Below, piece after piece: positions 8,703 through 17,415 of a DNA stretch of 25,920 nucleotides (within the stretch, counting starts at the first letter, position 1; each line of letters begins with the position of its first letter). Position numbers and translations under genes: made by a program. Below the pieces are notes generated by a model, which was not told the origin of the DNA, did not search any database, and worked only from the letters and a program-made list of their open reading frames with translations. Origin of the DNA: a virus (lineage: Duplodnaviria > Caudoviricetes); the IMG/VR virus record IMGVR_UViG_3300008107_000370, positions 1 to 25,920 of that record; one strand, given 5' to 3'.

Positions 8703-9440
8703 ATGAAAGATATTTTACAAGACATCGTAGGTCATACACATAACCTAGGATTTTTAAACATCGTCAAAATTACAGGTGACGATGAAGCAACAAAAATTGA
8801 TAGCATGGCTGATGACCGTACTGTTATTATGCTTGGCGAAACAAATGCACCAGTTCCACAAATGTCTGGAGTATTTGGAATGCCACAACTTAATAAACTA
8901 AAATTTTTGTTAGATGGTAGTGAATATAAAGAAAACGCCAAAATTGAATTACAATATGCGGAAAGAAATGGAAATACTATCCCTGTTGGAATTCACTTTG
9001 AAAACAAAGAAGGCGACTTTAAAAACGACTACCGTTTTATGAATACAGAAATCATTAATGAAAAATTAAAGTCAGTTAAATTCAAAGTACCTAAATGGGA
9101 CGTAGAGCTTGAGCCAAGTGTTGCCGCAGTACAACGTTTTAATTTCCAGGCAGGTGCAAATACAGAACACACTACTTTCCTTGCCAAGACAGATGGCGAC
9201 AAACTAAAGTTTATTTTTGGTGATGCAAGTACACACGGTGGCGAATTTGTTTTTGCAACTGGTGTTAGTGGTAGCCTAAATAAAGGTTGGACTTGGCCCG
9301 TTGGTCCAATACTATCTATCTTGAAAATTGCAGATGTAAACAACACTAAAATGAGTTTTAGTAACGAAGTTGGTGCTGTTATGATTACATTAGACAGTGG
9401 AATTGCAACCTACAAGTATATTGTTCCAGCACAGGCTTAA
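8703..9440 (+). CDS. Probable DNA polymerase sliding clamp (gp45/PCNA-like)
   Basis: 245 aa, the size of a two-domain clamp subunit; directly follows the polymerase; alternating beta/alpha pattern ending ...ATYKYIVPAQ. No diagnostic motif. Confidence 0.6.
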   Translation: MKDILQDIVGHTHNLGFLNIVKITGDDEATKIDSMADDRTVIMLGETNAPVPQMSGVFGMPQLNKLKFLLDGSEYKENAKIELQYAERNGNTIPVGIHFENKEGDFKNDYRFMNTEIINEKLKSVKFKVPKWDVELEPSVAAVQRFNFQAGANTEHTTFLAKTDGDKLKFIFGDASTHGGEFVFATGVSGSLNKGWTWPVGPILSILKIADVNNTKMSFSNEVGAVMITLDSGIATYKYIVPAQA

Positions 9441-9441
9441 T

Positions 9442-9831
9442 ATGATTAAAGGCATTACGCAATCTGGTCGTTATATAGCAGTAACAAATGGTAACGCCAG
9501 CACTTATGTAAACGGTTATTCTGGATTACAAGGTGTTGGCAATATGCGCTACAATACTACCAATCAAAATATGGAAGTATTTGATGGCAACAATTGGGTG
9601 CAACTTGGTATGAGTTATGCTACTGTTGGACTAAATGGCGAGGCAGAATCATTACTAGATTGGGCTCGTGAACAACGTGATAAACAACTAGCTTATCAAG
9701 CCATGTCAATAGAACATCCAGCAGTTAAAAACGCTTTTGATGCTTTTAAACGGGCAGAAGAACAATTAGATTTAGTTTATAAGTTATCAAAAGATCATGA
9801 AAAAGATCTTGGAGAGTTGACTGGTCCATGA
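9442..9831 (+). CDS. Hypothetical protein
   Basis: Likely start ATG 9442 (MIKGITQSG); contains GNMRYNTTNQNMEVFDGNNW; overlaps the next gene by ATGA. Confidence 0.7.
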   Translation: MIKGITQSGRYIAVTNGNASTYVNGYSGLQGVGNMRYNTTNQNMEVFDGNNWVQLGMSYATVGLNGEAESLLDWAREQRDKQLAYQAMSIEHPAVKNAFDAFKRAEEQLDLVYKLSKDHEKDLGELTGP

Positions 9832-11333
9832 ATAGAATAGATTATACAAAAACACAAAGAGACTACGCTGTTTATTTGCCAGCTATTAGTAGTTTCTATA
9901 ACAAAATTATTAGCAATCAAAGATACAATACAAAGAGTGCTGTAGATACAAAACGCTTTCCAAAAGGTTTTGAACATGGCACAGAAAGTATGAACTTTTT
10001 AGATGCAGAGCGTGGAGCATTTACATACAAATACGGATTGTACTCAGCAGGTCATGCTCAGTTAGATTTAGATAAAACACTGATTCAAGATGCAATGATC
10101 CAAGAACGCAATAGAGAAAATACTATTATTTTAGGTGACTCGGGCGGATTCCAAATTGGTAAGGGCGTGTTAAAATTTGACTGGAGTGATTTTAAAGGTA
10201 AAGGTGCAAACAAAACTCGTGATCAAATCTTAAATTGGTTAGAGTTAACTGCTGATTGGAGTATGGTATTGGATGTTCCAACTTGGGCTAGTAATGAGTT
10301 ACATCGAGAAAAAACTGGTTTAAAAAGTTTTCAAGATTGTTTAGATGCAACCATTTGGAACAACAATTATTTTGCACAAAACAGATTGGGGAATACTAAA
10401 TTCCTAAATGTGTTACAAGGCAATAGTCCAGAAGAAGCAGACATTTGGTATGATGCTGTTAAGCATTTGCCATTTGAAGGTTGGGCGATGGGTTCACAAA
10501 ATATGTGTAACATGCCAATTATCCTAAATAGACTTATTACAATGCGTGATGAGGGTATGCTTAAGGATAAAAATTGGATGCACTTCTTAGGTACTGCACC
10601 ACTTGACTGGGCTTGCTATTTGACTAGTATTCAACGTCAACTACGTAAACATTGTAATCCAAACATTACAATTAGTTTTGACTGTGCTAGTCCATACATT
10701 GCTGTTGCATATGGACTATCATATACTGATCCAAGTTTCCGTAGAGATAAATGGTCAATTATTATGGAAAAGGCGCCTGATAATAAAATATGGGCTGGAG
10801 ATGATATACCATTCCCATGGCGCAGTAGTATTGGTGACCGTTTAACAATGGGCGATGTTTGTTATTACAAGCCAGGCGACTTAAACAAAATTGGTAAGGA
10901 AGGTAAAACTAGCTGGGACAGTTTTAGCTACGGTCTTTACATGGCGCATAATACAGAAATTCATATTCAAGCAGTACAACGTGCTAATCAATTAATGGAT
11001 ATGGAATGTGCTAGATATAAGCCAGATTGGAGACAGTGGAAGAAAATGAATTCAAAAGATGAGAAAAGTGATAGCCCAAGCGAATGGGTTCCGCGAAATA
11101 TCTTGTATTTTGATCGTTTTGTCCAAGAGCTATTTGAAAGTGACGATCCACAAAGTATGCTCAAACATGCACACAAATTCTTAACCGAATTGCAGGGCGG
11201 ATTACAGAGAGGAAAAGTTCAAAATGATACATTTAACAACTTGTTTGAAATGGAAGATCCTATGCCTAGTGAGAATGATCTTTCAGACATGAATAATGAA
11301 AAAATTATTGAGCTTGAACATACTTTGGATTGA
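9828..11333 (+). CDS. dpdA: tRNA-guanine transglycosylase-like protein, probable DNA-guanine transglycosylase (DpdA family)
   Basis: TGT motifs LGDSGGFQ, MVLDVP, LNVLQG, GWAMG, MHFLG, SFDCASP and MAHN; no CxCxxC zinc motif; clustered with folE, queE and a queD paralogue. Confidence 0.85.
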   Translation: MNRIDYTKTQRDYAVYLPAISSFYNKIISNQRYNTKSAVDTKRFPKGFEHGTESMNFLDAERGAFTYKYGLYSAGHAQLDLDKTLIQDAMIQERNRENTIILGDSGGFQIGKGVLKFDWSDFKGKGANKTRDQILNWLELTADWSMVLDVPTWASNELHREKTGLKSFQDCLDATIWNNNYFAQNRLGNTKFLNVLQGNSPEEADIWYDAVKHLPFEGWAMGSQNMCNMPIILNRLITMRDEGMLKDKNWMHFLGTAPLDWACYLTSIQRQLRKHCNPNITISFDCASPYIAVAYGLSYTDPSFRRDKWSIIMEKAPDNKIWAGDDIPFPWRSSIGDRLTMGDVCYYKPGDLNKIGKEGKTSWDSFSYGLYMAHNTEIHIQAVQRANQLMDMECARYKPDWRQWKKMNSKDEKSDSPSEWVPRNILYFDRFVQELFESDDPQSMLKHAHKFLTELQGGLQRGKVQNDTFNNLFEMEDPMPSENDLSDMNNEKIIELEHTLD

Positions 11334-11349
11334 TTTAACCAAAATAGTA

Positions 11350-11378
11350 TTGACATTTGAAGTTAAACGCTGTATTAT
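11350..11378 (+). promoter_or_regulatory. Sigma70-type promoter, probably leaderless
   Basis: TTGACA-17 bp-TATTAT; only 6 nt lie between the -10 box and ATG 11385. Confidence 0.75.
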
Positions 11379-11384
11379 AAACAC

Positions 11385-11921
11385 ATGCTAGACACACAAC
11401 AAAGACAAGACGTTACGTACTTTACAGGCTACGAAGTTGAGCATACTATTTGCCATGGTATGTTCACTTTGTTTGTCGTAGGTACTCCGCCTTTAGAAGA
11501 AATTTTGCGTAAAGCTGACGACACCCAAGCATATTTGGACGAAAGCAAACGTATTAAACATATCTACTTTGGAACAAGTCAAAGTTTTAATCCTAAAAAT
11601 ATTTCACAAGAAGAATACAAACGATGGGATGACGTTATTGTAGGCTGTCTAAAAGCAGACTACTGGGTTACACTAGACTTTGGTGTTGAACACATTGAAG
11701 GTGTATTGGAATCTTGTTATTGCGAATATCCTCGTTTTGTCCCTATGATTAGTGTTAAGTTACCTTACATTAATCAACTCAACTATAACGCCACACTTAA
11801 ACTGGATGACCGAACTTGGGGTGCTACAAATCCAGGTGTGTGGACACATCAACTACATGATCTAATGAGTAAAGACAAGTATACTCATTGGGATCAGTAC
11901 ACACAAGATACACCAACATGA
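11385..11921 (+). CDS. Hypothetical protein within the deazaguanine cluster
   Basis: 178 aa, globular-looking (GYEVEHT, TLFVVG, HIYFG, WVTLDF, TNPGVW); ATGA-coupled to the QueD paralogue. Confidence 0.8.
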   Translation: MLDTQQRQDVTYFTGYEVEHTICHGMFTLFVVGTPPLEEILRKADDTQAYLDESKRIKHIYFGTSQSFNPKNISQEEYKRWDDVIVGCLKADYWVTLDFGVEHIEGVLESCYCEYPRFVPMISVKLPYINQLNYNATLKLDDRTWGATNPGVWTHQLHDLMSKDKYTHWDQYTQDTPT

Positions 11922-12313
11922 TTATCAAACAAGACGTCCGTCCTCACAAAATGATTTGGGTCACATTTCGTAAGGAGGGTATTCACAAATACCCAGCGGC
12001 CGCAACTGATCCTAACCTTGCAACAGGAGATGAATATGATGTCTCGTTTTTGGCTAATCCCCATCGCCATATTTTTCATTTTAGGGTATGGCTTAGTGTC
12101 ACCCACAATGACAGAGATGTGGAGTTTATACAATTCAAGCGATGGCTCGAAAAACTGTATTCTAGCAACGAAGGTGTATTGTCGCTAGACTACAAGAGTT
12201 GTGAGATGATGAGCGATGATCTATATGCTCAGATTCACGCAAAGTATCCAGACCGTGAGGTTTGGATTGAGGTCTCCGAAGACGGAGAAAATGGTTCATT
12301 TATCAAATATTAA
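11918..12313 (+). CDS. dpdL: QueD/PTPS-like T-fold protein of the DpdL type (proposed CDG decarboxylase)
   Basis: EGIH...LANPHRHIF (LxxxHRHxF in place of QueD CxxxHGH), SCEMM and IEVSED; start ATG 11918; 131 aa. Confidence 0.7.
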   Translation: MIIKQDVRPHKMIWVTFRKEGIHKYPAAATDPNLATGDEYDVSFLANPHRHIFHFRVWLSVTHNDRDVEFIQFKRWLEKLYSSNEGVLSLDYKSCEMMSDDLYAQIHAKYPDREVWIEVSEDGENGSFIKY

Positions 12314-12325
12314 CAAGAGGCTATA

Positions 12326-12619
12326 ATGGCTAAGAACTACAAGGATTATTCCTATTTTGAAAATCGCCCAGACGTTGTAAAAGTTTGGGAGGATCTAGAA
12401 GCGTGGCACGACTATTGTCGTTTTAATTTGTTGGATTTTAATCCAGCGCATTTGTATAAATCTCCAGAGTATAAGGAGTTTGCACGTAAGAAAAATGGCA
12501 ATTACCGTTTCCAAGGAAAGAACGGAAATGCCAAATTTAACAATGGTGAACGCAAGCCATACCAAGGCAACAAACCTCGCTATGAGAATAGAAACAATGG
12601 CGAACGTTTTTCTCGTTGA
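12326..12619 (+). CDS. Hypothetical protein with a basic Asn/Gly/Arg-rich C-terminal tail
   Basis: GAGG RBS; 97 aa. Confidence 0.75.
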   Translation: MAKNYKDYSYFENRPDVVKVWEDLEAWHDYCRFNLLDFNPAHLYKSPEYKEFARKKNGNYRFQGKNGNAKFNNGERKPYQGNKPRYENRNNGERFSR

Positions 12620-13673
12620 TTTAGAAGCAGTTGAAACAAGGTACACGGGACAATGGAAGTCCCATGTGCCTTTTTTGCTTAGAAAGGCTGGACACAATGT
12701 TCAAATTATTGACGGCCCTGAAGATATCCCTAGGGCTACCACTCCTGGCGCTTTTCTTAACTTTGGTGGGACTAATATCTATAAGTCTTTACAAGTTGAA
12801 AAAATTAGTAGATTATTTTGCGCTGGACGCATTCAAGCTGGCGACCATTTTATTTTTACTGATGCTTGGCATCCGGGCATTATAAATTTAAAATACATGA
12901 GTGAACTATTACAGATTCCAGTAACTATTCACGCACTATGGCATGCTGGCAGTTATGATCCGCAAGACTTTTTAGGTCGATTGATTGGCAATGCTAAATG
13001 GGTAAGGCATACTGAAAAAAGTTTTTTCTATGCTATAGACCATAATTATTTTGCCACAGATTTTCATATTGAAATGTTTGGTCTAAACTTGATAGGTTTT
13101 GATCTTGAAACTTTGAGAACAAATCATATCAAAGATAAGAAAATTATTAGATCTGGCTGGCCCATGGAATATATGGACGTGACTTTAGATCCATATAAGA
13201 ATATGAAAAAGCGTGATCTCATTTTGTTTCCTCATAGAATTGCTCCAGAAAAACAGGTTGAAATTTTTAGGGATTTAAAAGAACATTTGCCACAATATGA
13301 GTTTGTAGTTTGTCAAGATCAACAACTCACAAAAAATGAATATCATAATTTGTTGGGCGAAGCGAAAATGGTGTTTAGTGCTAACTTACAAGAAACACTA
13401 GGCATCAGTTGTTTTGAAGGTGCTATCGTGGATGCTATTCCCATGGTGCCAGATAGACTAAGTTATAGTGAAATGTACTATGACATTTTCAAATATCCAA
13501 GTATATGGACTGAAAGTTTTGAATCTTATCAAACACATCGTCCAAATTTGTGTTTTGCAATTATGCAACACATGGACAATTACGAAACAAGATTGTCAAA
13601 ATTAAAAAATCAAACACAAGATTTAAAAAAGAACTTTTTCAGTGCAGACATATTATTGGAGAACATTACATGA
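12597..13673 (+). CDS. GT-B fold glycosyltransferase, GT4-like
   Basis: EX7E motif ETLGISCFE, FPHRIAPEKQ and HALWHAG; likely start ATG 12597 (MANVFLVD); 358 aa. Confidence 0.85.
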   Translation: MANVFLVDLEAVETRYTGQWKSHVPFLLRKAGHNVQIIDGPEDIPRATTPGAFLNFGGTNIYKSLQVEKISRLFCAGRIQAGDHFIFTDAWHPGIINLKYMSELLQIPVTIHALWHAGSYDPQDFLGRLIGNAKWVRHTEKSFFYAIDHNYFATDFHIEMFGLNLIGFDLETLRTNHIKDKKIIRSGWPMEYMDVTLDPYKNMKKRDLILFPHRIAPEKQVEIFRDLKEHLPQYEFVVCQDQQLTKNEYHNLLGEAKMVFSANLQETLGISCFEGAIVDAIPMVPDRLSYSEMYYDIFKYPSIWTESFESYQTHRPNLCFAIMQHMDNYETRLSKLKNQTQDLKKNFFSADILLENIT

Positions 13674-13981
13674 AGTGGTTTGAAAAATGGATAGAAAAGA
13701 AATATTATTCACATCAAGAAAAAAGAGAAAGGGAGATCAATAAAATGGGAACTGCACAAGCCATACCAAAAGGATTGATATCAATAGATAGAGGTCCAAA
13801 TATTAGTCAAAATGGAATACGTTTTACAGTATATAAAGCTACCGGTGGTGTTGCTATAGAAACTCAAATGTATGATGAACGTAATGATCGTAATAGGTCC
13901 AGTTTATATGTTATTACAAGTGATAAAGATATTGGCGAAGAAATTGGCAAAATTATCACATTAGAAGCACTTAAAAATTGA
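13670..13981 (+). CDS. Hypothetical protein
   Basis: Likely start ATG 13670 (MKWFEKW) overlapping the glycosyltransferase stop (ATGA). Confidence 0.7.
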   Translation: MKWFEKWIEKKYYSHQEKREREINKMGTAQAIPKGLISIDRGPNISQNGIRFTVYKATGGVAIETQMYDERNDRNRSSLYVITSDKDIGEEIGKIITLEALKN

Positions 13982-14006
13982 CGTTGATCCTAAATAATGT
14001 TACAAT
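13978..14006 (+). promoter_or_regulatory. Sigma70-type promoter with a late-like CTAAATA in the spacer
   Basis: TTGACG-TTGATCCTAAATAATGT-TACAAT; spacer is 16/17 identical to that at 8662-8678. Confidence 0.75.
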
Positions 14007-14036
14007 GTAAAATATTAAAGTATTTTGGAGATTAAA

Positions 14037-14813
14037 TTGGTTTATAATAAAGCATACATCAGTAACGATATTGACGAGTCAGTGTCATTTGATAACATTG
14101 ACGATAAAGGATATCAAGAAGAAAAATATCTAGGCAATTACCTTCGTTCTAAAATGAAACGTGAAGGTAAGCGTTTTTGGGCAGGCGATAATATTAGTGA
14201 ATATATCAGCAACGAACATGTTAAAGAACAACTAATTGATGAAGCCGCAGAAGCATTTGAAACTGTTCTAGACCGTTTGCTAATTGATAGAGAAAATGAT
14301 CCTAATAGCAAGGGCACGGCACGTAGGTTGGCCAAGATGTACTTTAATGAAATAATGGCAGGTAGATATGACCCAGCACCAGACGCAACATGTTTCCCAA
14401 ACGATTCGGCGGACCGTTATGAAGGTATGCTGGTTGTTCGCAGTGAGCTTCGTAGTATGTGTAGCCATCATCATCAACCTGTGGTTGGTGTTGCTTATAT
14501 TGGTATTATTGCTGCCGAGAAACTTATTGGACTCTCAAAGTATACACGCATCGCACAATGGTGTGCCCGACGTGGTACTCTCCAGGAGGAACTTTGTAAT
14601 GACATTGCTAGGGAGATCGCCAAAGCTACAGGGGCCAAAGACATAGGTGTTTATATTCAAGCTACACATGGTTGTTGTGAAAATCGTGGTATTATGGCAC
14701 ATAGCAGTCTAACACAAACAACTGTACTACAAGGTTCGTTTAAAACTGATCCTGGTGCAAAGAAAGAATTTTTTGACAACATCAAACTACAGCAAGAATT
14801 TGCCCCACGATGA
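14037..14813 (+). CDS. folE: GTP cyclohydrolase I
   Basis: TARRLAKMY, SMCSHH, GLSKYTRI, LQEEL and HGCCENRG; likely TTG start at 14037 after GGAG. Confidence 0.93.
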   Translation: MVYNKAYISNDIDESVSFDNIDDKGYQEEKYLGNYLRSKMKREGKRFWAGDNISEYISNEHVKEQLIDEAAEAFETVLDRLLIDRENDPNSKGTARRLAKMYFNEIMAGRYDPAPDATCFPNDSADRYEGMLVVRSELRSMCSHHHQPVVGVAYIGIIAAEKLIGLSKYTRIAQWCARRGTLQEELCNDIAREIAKATGAKDIGVYIQATHGCCENRGIMAHSSLTQTTVLQGSFKTDPGAKKEFFDNIKLQQEFAPR

Positions 14814-15028
14814 TTCGAAAACACAAAAAATTTTTAGGAACAAAAGTTCCTGGAATAGATGAACAACATAATTGGATGAAAACATACAGTATTGATCCAA
14901 TTGAACTAGGTCAAATGTGTGAGGAATATCCATCGTTAGAACGCAGTTGGAAACAGTTTAAAATTGTGTATGAACTATGTAAGGTAGAAAATGAAACTGA
15001 CAAACATTTTTCTGAATTGGCTAGATAA
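14810..15028 (+). CDS. Hypothetical protein
   Basis: 72-aa ORF, ATGA-coupled to folE. Confidence 0.65.
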   Translation: MIRKHKKFLGTKVPGIDEQHNWMKTYSIDPIELGQMCEEYPSLERSWKQFKIVYELCKVENETDKHFSELAR

Positions 15029-15464
15029 GTGTGATCGCAAACGTGTTATTATGGACCGTACTTGTGACGAGCCACTTTTGACACGCTATTATCTTTTTTT
15101 AAAGGATCGCAAAACGTTCCCGTTTAATGTGTTCTTACATAAGTTTCATAAAGGTGATCCAGGCGATGTACACGATCATCCTTGGCCTTATGCCACACTT
15201 ATTCTCAAAGGTGGTTACTATGAATATACTCCAATATTTGAGTACGGTAAAATGGTTGGAGAAAAGAAGCACTGGCGAGGCCCTGGTCATTTCCGTATTT
15301 GTGGCGCATACAGTTATCATAGAATAGAGCTAAAGCCTGATGTTACTCCTTGGACTTTGTTCATGCCTGGTCCACAAAAAAGAGAATGGGGGTTTCTTGT
15401 TAATAATCGTTGGGTCCAAAACGATCAATACTTAAAGGAAAAATATGAACAAGCTCATAATTGA
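14991..15464 (+). CDS. Cupin-fold metal-binding protein
   Basis: Cupin motif 1 VHDHPW...ILKGGYYE and motif 2 ...SYHRIEL. Confidence 0.75.
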   Translation: MKLTNIFLNWLDKCDRKRVIMDRTCDEPLLTRYYLFLKDRKTFPFNVFLHKFHKGDPGDVHDHPWPYATLILKGGYYEYTPIFEYGKMVGEKKHWRGPGHFRICGAYSYHRIELKPDVTPWTLFMPGPQKREWGFLVNNRWVQNDQYLKEKYEQAHN

Positions 15465-16005
15465 TAATAATCAATTTAAAGGGCTAGTTGCTAAAATTTG
15501 CAGAGACATTACTGCAAGTAACTGGCGACCAGATTATATTGTAGGAATAACTCGAGGTGGACTTTTGCCAGCAGTTATGATCAGTCACTACTTTGATGTT
15601 AGATGTGAAACTTTAAAAATAAGTTTGCGTGATAGTGACAATGGTCCAGAAAGTAATTTGTGGATGGCCGAGGAAGCGTTTGGATACATTCCTATAGATA
15701 TGCAAAAAGGTATCGATAAGAGAAGCGATGCAACCTACAAGAAAAATATTCTTATAGTTGACGATATTAATGACAGCGGAGCTACTTTTAATTGGCTGTT
15801 AAATGATTGGCCCAGTGGGTGTTTGCCAAATGACGAAGCTTGGAACAACGTTTGGAACAACAATGTTCGATTTGCTGTAATTATTGATAACTTATCTAGT
15901 AAGTGTAATGTAAAAATGGATTACACTGGTATGGAAGTTAACAAAGCAGAAAAAGATGTTTGGATTGAATTCCCTTATGAAGAATGGTGGACTAAAAATG
16001 CGTGA
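15445..16005 (+). CDS. Type I purine phosphoribosyltransferase (Gpt/Hpt-like)
   Basis: IVGITRGG, PRPP-binding loop ILIVDDINDSGAT and C-terminal WIEFPYE. Confidence 0.9.
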   Translation: MNKLIIDNNQFKGLVAKICRDITASNWRPDYIVGITRGGLLPAVMISHYFDVRCETLKISLRDSDNGPESNLWMAEEAFGYIPIDMQKGIDKRSDATYKKNILIVDDINDSGATFNWLLNDWPSGCLPNDEAWNNVWNNNVRFAVIIDNLSSKCNVKMDYTGMEVNKAEKDVWIEFPYEEWWTKNA

Positions 16006-16411
16006 AATTGTAATGTTAGATCAACCCCCTTTTATAGAAGACAGTAAAGCTCCTTGGGATAATTTATTAGAAGAAGACTTTCACGTCAAAGTTTTTTACG
16101 ATAAATATCCCGTTACCGAGGGGCATTTGCTTTTTGTGCCTAAATACAATACAGTAGCAGTGTTAATGGATGCCTTTGAAGACGCTGTGCGTGATGGTAT
16201 GCGTATGGTAGAAGATGGCGAATGCGACGGATTTAACGTCGGGTTCAACTATAGTAAGGCAGCAGGTCAAACTGTAGGTTGGCCGCATGTTCACCTTATT
16301 CCAAGAAGAACAGGTGATATGGAAGATCCAACAGGTGGTGTTCGTCATGTAATTCCAGAAAAAGGAAACTACAAAAAAGACGAAATTGGAAAAATTAAAA
16401 AATCAGTTTAA
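15998..16411 (+). CDS. HIT family nucleotide hydrolase
   Basis: DKYPVTEGHLLFVPK, GFNVGFN and AGQTVGWPHVHLIPR (first His of the usual triad reads W); start ATG 15998. Confidence 0.88.
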   Translation: MREIVMLDQPPFIEDSKAPWDNLLEEDFHVKVFYDKYPVTEGHLLFVPKYNTVAVLMDAFEDAVRDGMRMVEDGECDGFNVGFNYSKAAGQTVGWPHVHLIPRRTGDMEDPTGGVRHVIPEKGNYKKDEIGKIKKSV

Positions 16412-17178
16412 TGCGTATTTCACTATTAGCATTAGTTCTATTGCTATCCTGTTTCCCTGTCTTTGCCAAAAAGACAAACGATTATTCTGTCTTAATTTAT
16501 AATGAATCTTTATCTCACCAAGTAGTTGCTTCTAATTTTGATCAAAGACCAATTGCTAGTCTAACAAAATTAATGACTGCAATGGTAGCATTAGATTATC
16601 GATTGAACCTAGATTCAAAAGCATTTTTGTCTGACAAGGCAGGTAGTAAACTCCCCAAAAAAATGTATACAAGGAGAGAACTTCTTAATGCTATGTTAGT
16701 TAGAAGTGATAATGGGGCGGCAGAAACTTTAGCTAATGATTACCCAGGCGGAAGAAAAATGTTCATTAAAGCAATGAACATTAAGGCTAAAAATTTAGGA
16801 ATGAATAATACTGTTTTTGTAGATCCAACAGGATTGGGCAAAGGTAATATTTCAAATATTGAAGACGTTAATAAAATGATGTCGAACGCTTCCAAATATA
16901 ATTTTATTAGTAATTTTAGTGTTAAAAAAGAAGTTTCTTTTGAAATACCTAAAAAGAATAATAAAACAAAAATAGTCACATTGGAAAATACCAATAAAAA
17001 ATTGCTAAATGAATTTAATTTTATTACAGCTAGTAAAACAGGATTTACTTATCCGGCAGGTTTTTGTCTAGCACTAGCAGTTCAAAAAAATGAAAACAAA
17101 TATATCATTGTTGTATTAGGTGCAAAAAATCAATCACACCGTGCTCAAATAGTAAAAGATTTGATAGAAAAAATATGA
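16411..17178 (+). CDS. Peptidase S11 D-alanyl-D-alanine carboxy/endopeptidase (PBP5/PBP7-like), secreted
   Basis: Signal peptide; SxxK (ASLTKLMTA), SxN (SDN) and KTG (SKTGFT). Confidence 0.92.
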   Translation: MRISLLALVLLLSCFPVFAKKTNDYSVLIYNESLSHQVVASNFDQRPIASLTKLMTAMVALDYRLNLDSKAFLSDKAGSKLPKKMYTRRELLNAMLVRSDNGAAETLANDYPGGRKMFIKAMNIKAKNLGMNNTVFVDPTGLGKGNISNIEDVNKMMSNASKYNFISNFSVKKEVSFEIPKKNNKTKIVTLENTNKKLLNEFNFITASKTGFTYPAGFCLALAVQKNENKYIIVVLGAKNQSHRAQIVKDLIEKI

Positions 17179-17384
17179 AAACTTTTAAACATCAAGTAAA
17201 AATTAATTGGCACACTGGACAAGGAAATGTTTGGTGGAACGAAACCTGTGCTATGGTATTAGAAGTATTTGGTTTACCTGGTAATAGATTTATGTATAGA
17301 CCATATATGGATCATATGATTTTTGAATTTGAAAACGAAAAAGACCAAAGATTGTGTCAAATATTACTTTCAGATAGAATTTGA
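17175..17384 (+). CDS. Hypothetical protein
   Basis: 69-aa ORF, ATGA-coupled to the upstream gene. Confidence 0.65.
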   Translation: MKTFKHQVKINWHTGQGNVWWNETCAMVLEVFGLPGNRFMYRPYMDHMIFEFENEKDQRLCQILLSDRI

Positions 17385-17409
17385 CTTCCTTAAATTTTTA
17401 TAGTATAAT
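17381..17409 (+). promoter_or_regulatory. Sigma70-type promoter, probably leaderless
   Basis: TTGACT-17 bp-TATAAT; only 6 nt lie between the -10 box and ATG 17416; no SD. Confidence 0.8.
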
Positions 17410-17415
17410 AACATT

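Noticed and set aside
9828-11333. Canonical tRNA-modifying Tgt for queuosine
   Set aside because: It lacks the CxCxxC zinc motif, is longer than bacterial Tgt, sits beside the polymerase and clamp genes, and no queA, queF or queG is present. A tRNA substrate is disfavoured but not excluded.
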